Origin: an uncultured archaeon
Lineage (GTDB): Archaea; Thermoproteota; Nitrososphaeria; Nitrososphaerales; Gagatemarchaeaceae
Assembly (NCBI GenBank): GCA_963817525.1
Contig: CAWFOU010000005.1
Coordinates: 1-20,792 of the forward strand
DNA: 20,792 nt
Direction: 5' to 3'
Below are positions 17,115-20,792 of this stretch, one piece after another (position 1 is the stretch's first letter; the number at the start of each line of letters is the position of its first letter). The notes beneath the pieces are model-generated. The model searched no databases. It had not been told where the DNA came from and saw only the letters and a list, made by a program, of their open reading frames with translations. The translations under genes were made by a program, and so were the position numbers.

Positions 17115-18347
17115 TCAGCTCAGCGACATGGCTGTCGCGAGGACGTCCGCCCCTCGCAGCACCCCCAGCGACCCGGCCGCCGCGTCCGACTCTGTGAACC
17201 TGCAGCAGTCCGGGTCGCGGTGCTTCGTCGTGATCAGCAACGGCACGGGGTCGCTCGAGTGCATCTTGAGGGCGGATGGCGTCGAGTGGTCGCAAGAAAC
17301 GGAAAGCCTCGCGTCCCTGGTCCGCTCGGAGACCTTCCCGAAGAAGACCTCGTCGATGGTCTCTATGTTCCCCTTCTTCCCGGCCGCGTCGCCGTCGTGT
17401 CCGAATTCGTCAGGACCCTTTATGTGGGCGTAGACGACAGTTCCCTCTGCCATCTCCTGGTTGAAGAGCCCGGCCTTCCTAGCCAGGTCGCGGTGGTCGG
17501 TAAGCATCACTTCCTTCATCCCCAGAAGCCTAGCGATTCCTATCTCGGCCGGCATTTCGACCAGCGCAACGCCCTTCATGCCGTACTTCTCCCTGAAAGG
17601 CGTGACGACCGGCAGGTGATCGCCGGCGTCCCTGAGAAGAAGTAGGTTGGCAGGCTTCTTGCCTTCCCTCCTGCGGACGGCGTTGACCTGTGCGTCTTCG
17701 AGCGCCTTGGAAGCGCCATCTAGGAACTCGTTCACGAGCTCGGCAGCCCTCCTCGAGGCTGGGCTTCGATCAGCGGCTTGCATCGCTGGATCTTCTCAGC
17801 TCCCTTGACCTCCCTCGCAGCCCCAAAACCCCTGGTGCGGACGTAGGCGGGGTCTGTGTTAGAAACCTCGGCGGAGAGTCTTCTCTCTCCCCTTATCACC
17901 AGCACACCTCGGTAGCCCACCGTGCTCCTGAACTCGAACTGGGCCCCTCTCAGCTTCGTGTCGTTGATGACGCCTTCGAGAGCCTTCGCTTCTTTCTCGG
18001 TCAGGTCCCTGCCCGCCCGTCTGTCCGCGATGAACCCGTCTTTGGATGTGGCGAAGTTGGCCCTCAGGGCGAGCTCGCCGTCTTTGAACTTGAGACCCGC
18101 TCCGATGGACTCCACCACTCCCCTGCCCGGGTAACCACTCGCGAACGAGTAGCCGAGCATGTTGAAGACCGCTATGTCTGACTCGGGCGCGATTCCCTCG
18201 CCGACCGTGATCGACGGTGCCCATCTTGCTCCTCCTTGCTATCGGGTCCAGGTTGGGCGTGTTGGCCGCCTCGAGCGGCGTGGTGAAGTTGAGAGAGGGG
18301 TTGGGCCTGTCTCCGCATCCGTCGAGGAGCACGTAACCGAACTTCAA
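17115..18347 (-). CDS. apgM: 2,3-bisphosphoglycerate-independent phosphoglycerate mutase (archaeal), several indels
   Basis: LLDGCGDRP...TPLEAANTPNLD, ESDIAVFNMLGY (catalytic Ser), GRGVVESIG, RANFAT, DRRAGR, HIKGPDEFGHDGD, DHSTP...HSSDPVP. Confidence 0.95.
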
Positions 18348-18419
18348 GTGATTGCCCCTGGGACTTTGATCATGGGTTATTATCCTTAATTGTGAAATCC
18401 TCGCGAACGCCTCCAGGCC

Positions 18420-18687
18420 ATGGACGGCGCGTCCAGACCGGCAGTTCCCGGAGGCTATAAGCCGCCAGCGGGTCCGAATCTTCATGTCGCGGAAGAGCGG
18501 TGAAGAATATCTCTCCCTTCTGGAGTCGTGGGTGGTGGCCAGCGGGCAGTCCGCAGCCGATCTTCGCTTTCTTCACAGCCTACCTGCTCTTTTGAAGCGT
18601 ACCGGTCCGGGAGCGTCGGAGACGTCCCCTGCCGGAACGCGTCACATCCGCTATCCTCGGAGAAACGATATATCCGAACCCCGATGA
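18420..18687 (+). CDS. Possible small hypothetical protein
   Basis: The frame of ORF 18484-18687 extends upstream (PDRQFPEAISRQRVRIFMSRKSGEEYLSLLESWVV...). It could join ATG 18420 through one indel. TATA-like CTTAATT lies about 30 bp upstream. Confidence 0.35.
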
Positions 18688-18701
18688 AGCGACGGCCATC
18701 A

Positions 18702-19737
18702 ATGGTGGAGATTAGAAAGGACTACTTCACCGACAAGACTCTCGATTGTCACGGGAGAGCGAGGCTCCAGGATTCCCGTCAAACACCTAGACCACGGCAA
18801 GTGCCCCTTCTGTCCCGGAAACGAATCCATGACGCCGCCAGCCGACCTGGTGCTGGTCAAGATGGGAGAGACGCTCGTCAAGCAGACCGACGCTGAGGGC
18901 GAGCTCGTCACCGGATGGGTCGTGCGCGCATTCCCCAGCAAGCACCCCATCGTCACCCCGAACGCACCGGCCTCGTACGGCGAGTACCCTCACTACAGCG
19001 AGCCCGCCGTAGGATATCACTACGTCGTCGTTGCGACGCCGAAGCACGACCAGCCGTTCTCGCAGATGGACATCGAGCAGTGGACCAACGTCCTCGCGAC
19101 GGTACAGGACAAGGTGAGGTGGCTGTACGCGCAGAGGGGAGTCAGCTACGTGGTGACTTTCATCAATCACGGGAAAGGGTCGGGCGAGACCATCGAGCAT
19201 GCCCACCTGCAGATAGTCACAGTCCCTCGGCTGCCTCCTCACCTCGAAGCTGGAGGCGGTGACGGTTCAGAACTCCCTGAACGAGCTCGGGGTCTGCCCG
19301 ATGTGCCAGATAGTTGCGTCCGAGAGCGGGGGGCCGAGGCAGATAATCTCGACCGAGTTCTACATCGCGTTTGCGCCGTGGGCCTCGTCTCACTCCTACG
19401 AGTTCTGGATCTACCCGAAGAGGCACCAGACTAGCATGCTGAAGCTCTCGCAGAAGGAGCTCATGGACCTCGCACTGATGCTTCGCAGCACCCTGGGAGG
19501 GCTGTCGAAGGTGCTGCCGGGACGTGGGCTTCAACCTCGCCTTCCACAGCTCCTCGGAGAAGAAGACGACCAAGCAGATACACTGGCACATCGAGGTGTA
19601 CCCGCGGTCTTCGAACTGGGCAGGCCTGGAGCTCGGCACGGGCGTATTCGTGAGCGAACGTCTCCCGAGGCGGCGGCGGAGCAGCTCTGGGCGCGGCGAG
19701 CAGGAAGGAGCTCGCCCAGCTCGTCGGGATTACCTAG
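18702..19737 (+). CDS. galT: Galactose-1-phosphate uridylyltransferase (GalT)-family nucleotidyltransferase, multiple indels
   Basis: EIRKD, CPFCPGNE..TPP, GYHYVVVATP.H, FINHG..SG..IEHAHLQ (HxHxQ), CPMC, FAPWAS..SYE.WIYPKRH, HWHIEVYPR....AGLELGTG. Confidence 0.88.
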
Positions 19738-20775
19738 ACTTCTTCAGTCTCCTCGATGAGGGCAATCTCGAAGGGTTCCACGCCGTTGAGGATCGCGGTG
19801 TAGTAGGACGCGAAGTCAAGCGTGTAGCACAGGCTCATCAGCTGCGAGAGGTTGCCCTCCCCTGTCGCGTCGAAACCTGGGTCGGATCATCGCGTGGTGA
19901 TGCGAGCAGGGCGCAGAAGGCATCGAAGGCCTCGACTCGAACGTCGGGTCGTTCGCCCGCCTCAGAAGCACCGGTGCTGGGCTGATGTCGTTGCCCTCCC
20001 AGGCCTCCACCTCGTTGTGGAAGATGTCCGGGGCGGAGTCGAAACTGGCGTGCGATCTTGGCGTTCTCGTTCAGGCTGTTCTTGAACCGCCTCGCGACGC
20101 TCTTGGTCACGGAGGATGCGTAGATGCAGGGTTCCTTCCGTGGTCTATCGCCAGGGCGACCTTTTGGCAGGGTTCTGCCAAGCGGGCCGGCGCTCATCGC
20201 GATCAGCTCGTCCCACCTTCTTCAGGTGTGGAGACGGCTCGTCGAGCTCCCACTCTATGCCGTCGAGAAGGGACGCGCTCCTCAGCACCGCTATCGACGC
20301 GAAGAGGCTGTAGGGGAGGCTGAACCTCGGCGCCTCGGCGAGACTCTATCTCGACGTGCGTGATCGCCTCTCTTCTCGGCCATCTCCTTGAGCTTCCCGT
20401 CCGTGCGATATCGTGACGATGTCCGCGTTGCGTCTTGCGGACCACCTCGGCCATCCTGAGCGTCTCGACTGTGTCTCCCGACGTGCTGCAGATGATCACT
20501 AGCGTGCCTTCGAAGCTTGATCTTCGGCAGACCGCCCCTGAAGACCGAGACCTCGACCCCGCCGGAAGAGAGGAACCAGTCGGAGATGATGTCGCCCGGC
20601 TGTGGCCGAGCCGCCGACGGCAAGATAAGCGACCCTCTCGTACTTTTTCGGCGTCATCGCTGGCTTCTGCTTCAGCGTCTCCTCGGCCCGTGCGCCGGCC
20701 AGCTTTCAAAGAGTTCGTAGACCTTATTGGGGTCAGACTCACGATGTTCTCTCGCGATAGTTTCTCATCTGCCAT
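19730..20775 (-). CDS. Bifunctional phosphoglucose/phosphomannose isomerase (SIS family), heavily frameshifted
   Basis: Reconstructed motifs: AVGGSATAGDII, ICSTSGDTVETL, ARRFKNSLNENAK, PDIFHNEVEAW, DFASYYTAILNGVEP...IERLKK. Confidence 0.88.
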
Positions 20776-20792
20776 GATGGTTTCTGTCGTTC

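Noticed and set aside
18390-18660. RNase P or SRP RNA (CGGCTTA on the minus strand)
   Set aside because: No GAGGAAAGTCC-type 5' element and no recognisable SRP helix-8 motif.
165-20775. Mass pseudogenisation or programmed frameshifting (well over 25 frame breaks)
   Set aside because: Breaks hit essential genes (lig, rpoK, alba), are isolated single-base indels without in-frame nonsense decay or a shared slippery motif, and catalytic motifs are intact. Sequencing or assembly error is the simplest explanation; read polishing would confirm.

Overview
GC-rich (about 60%) archaeal chromosomal window. rps25e, rpoK, alba, archaeal ATP-dependent DNA ligase, apgM, PGI/PMI, TATA-box promoters and frequent TTG starts point to a TACK archaeon, most likely a deep-branching Nitrososphaerota (lineage is inference). 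Most genes, including essential ones, are broken by single-base indels. I read these as uncorrected long-read errors and report reconstructed gene spans. Gene order: Zn-ribbon protein, stomatin-nfeD pair, DapA-like aldolase, GIY-YIG-like protein, PH(GLUE-like)+winged-helix protein, lig, APC permease, DUF4349-PKD membrane protein divergent from a membrane-tethered wHTH regulator, rps25e, cyclophilin-like protein, two small ORFs, class III cyclase-TPR, rpoK, alba, PLP decarboxylase, GNAT, apgM, small ORF, galT-like, pgi/pmi. No tRNA, rRNA, CRISPR or mobile element was seen. Top leads: (1) a 243-aa protein resembling eukaryotic ESCRT-II Vps36 in both its PH/GLUE-like and winged-helix parts; (2) a candidate transmembrane signalling module (membrane-anchored wHTH plus DUF4349-PKD, with an inverted-repeat operator between them); (3) a phased triple operator ahead of a CD-type decarboxylase flanked by Alba and a GNAT. 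All family calls come from recognising motifs by eye; no searches were run.
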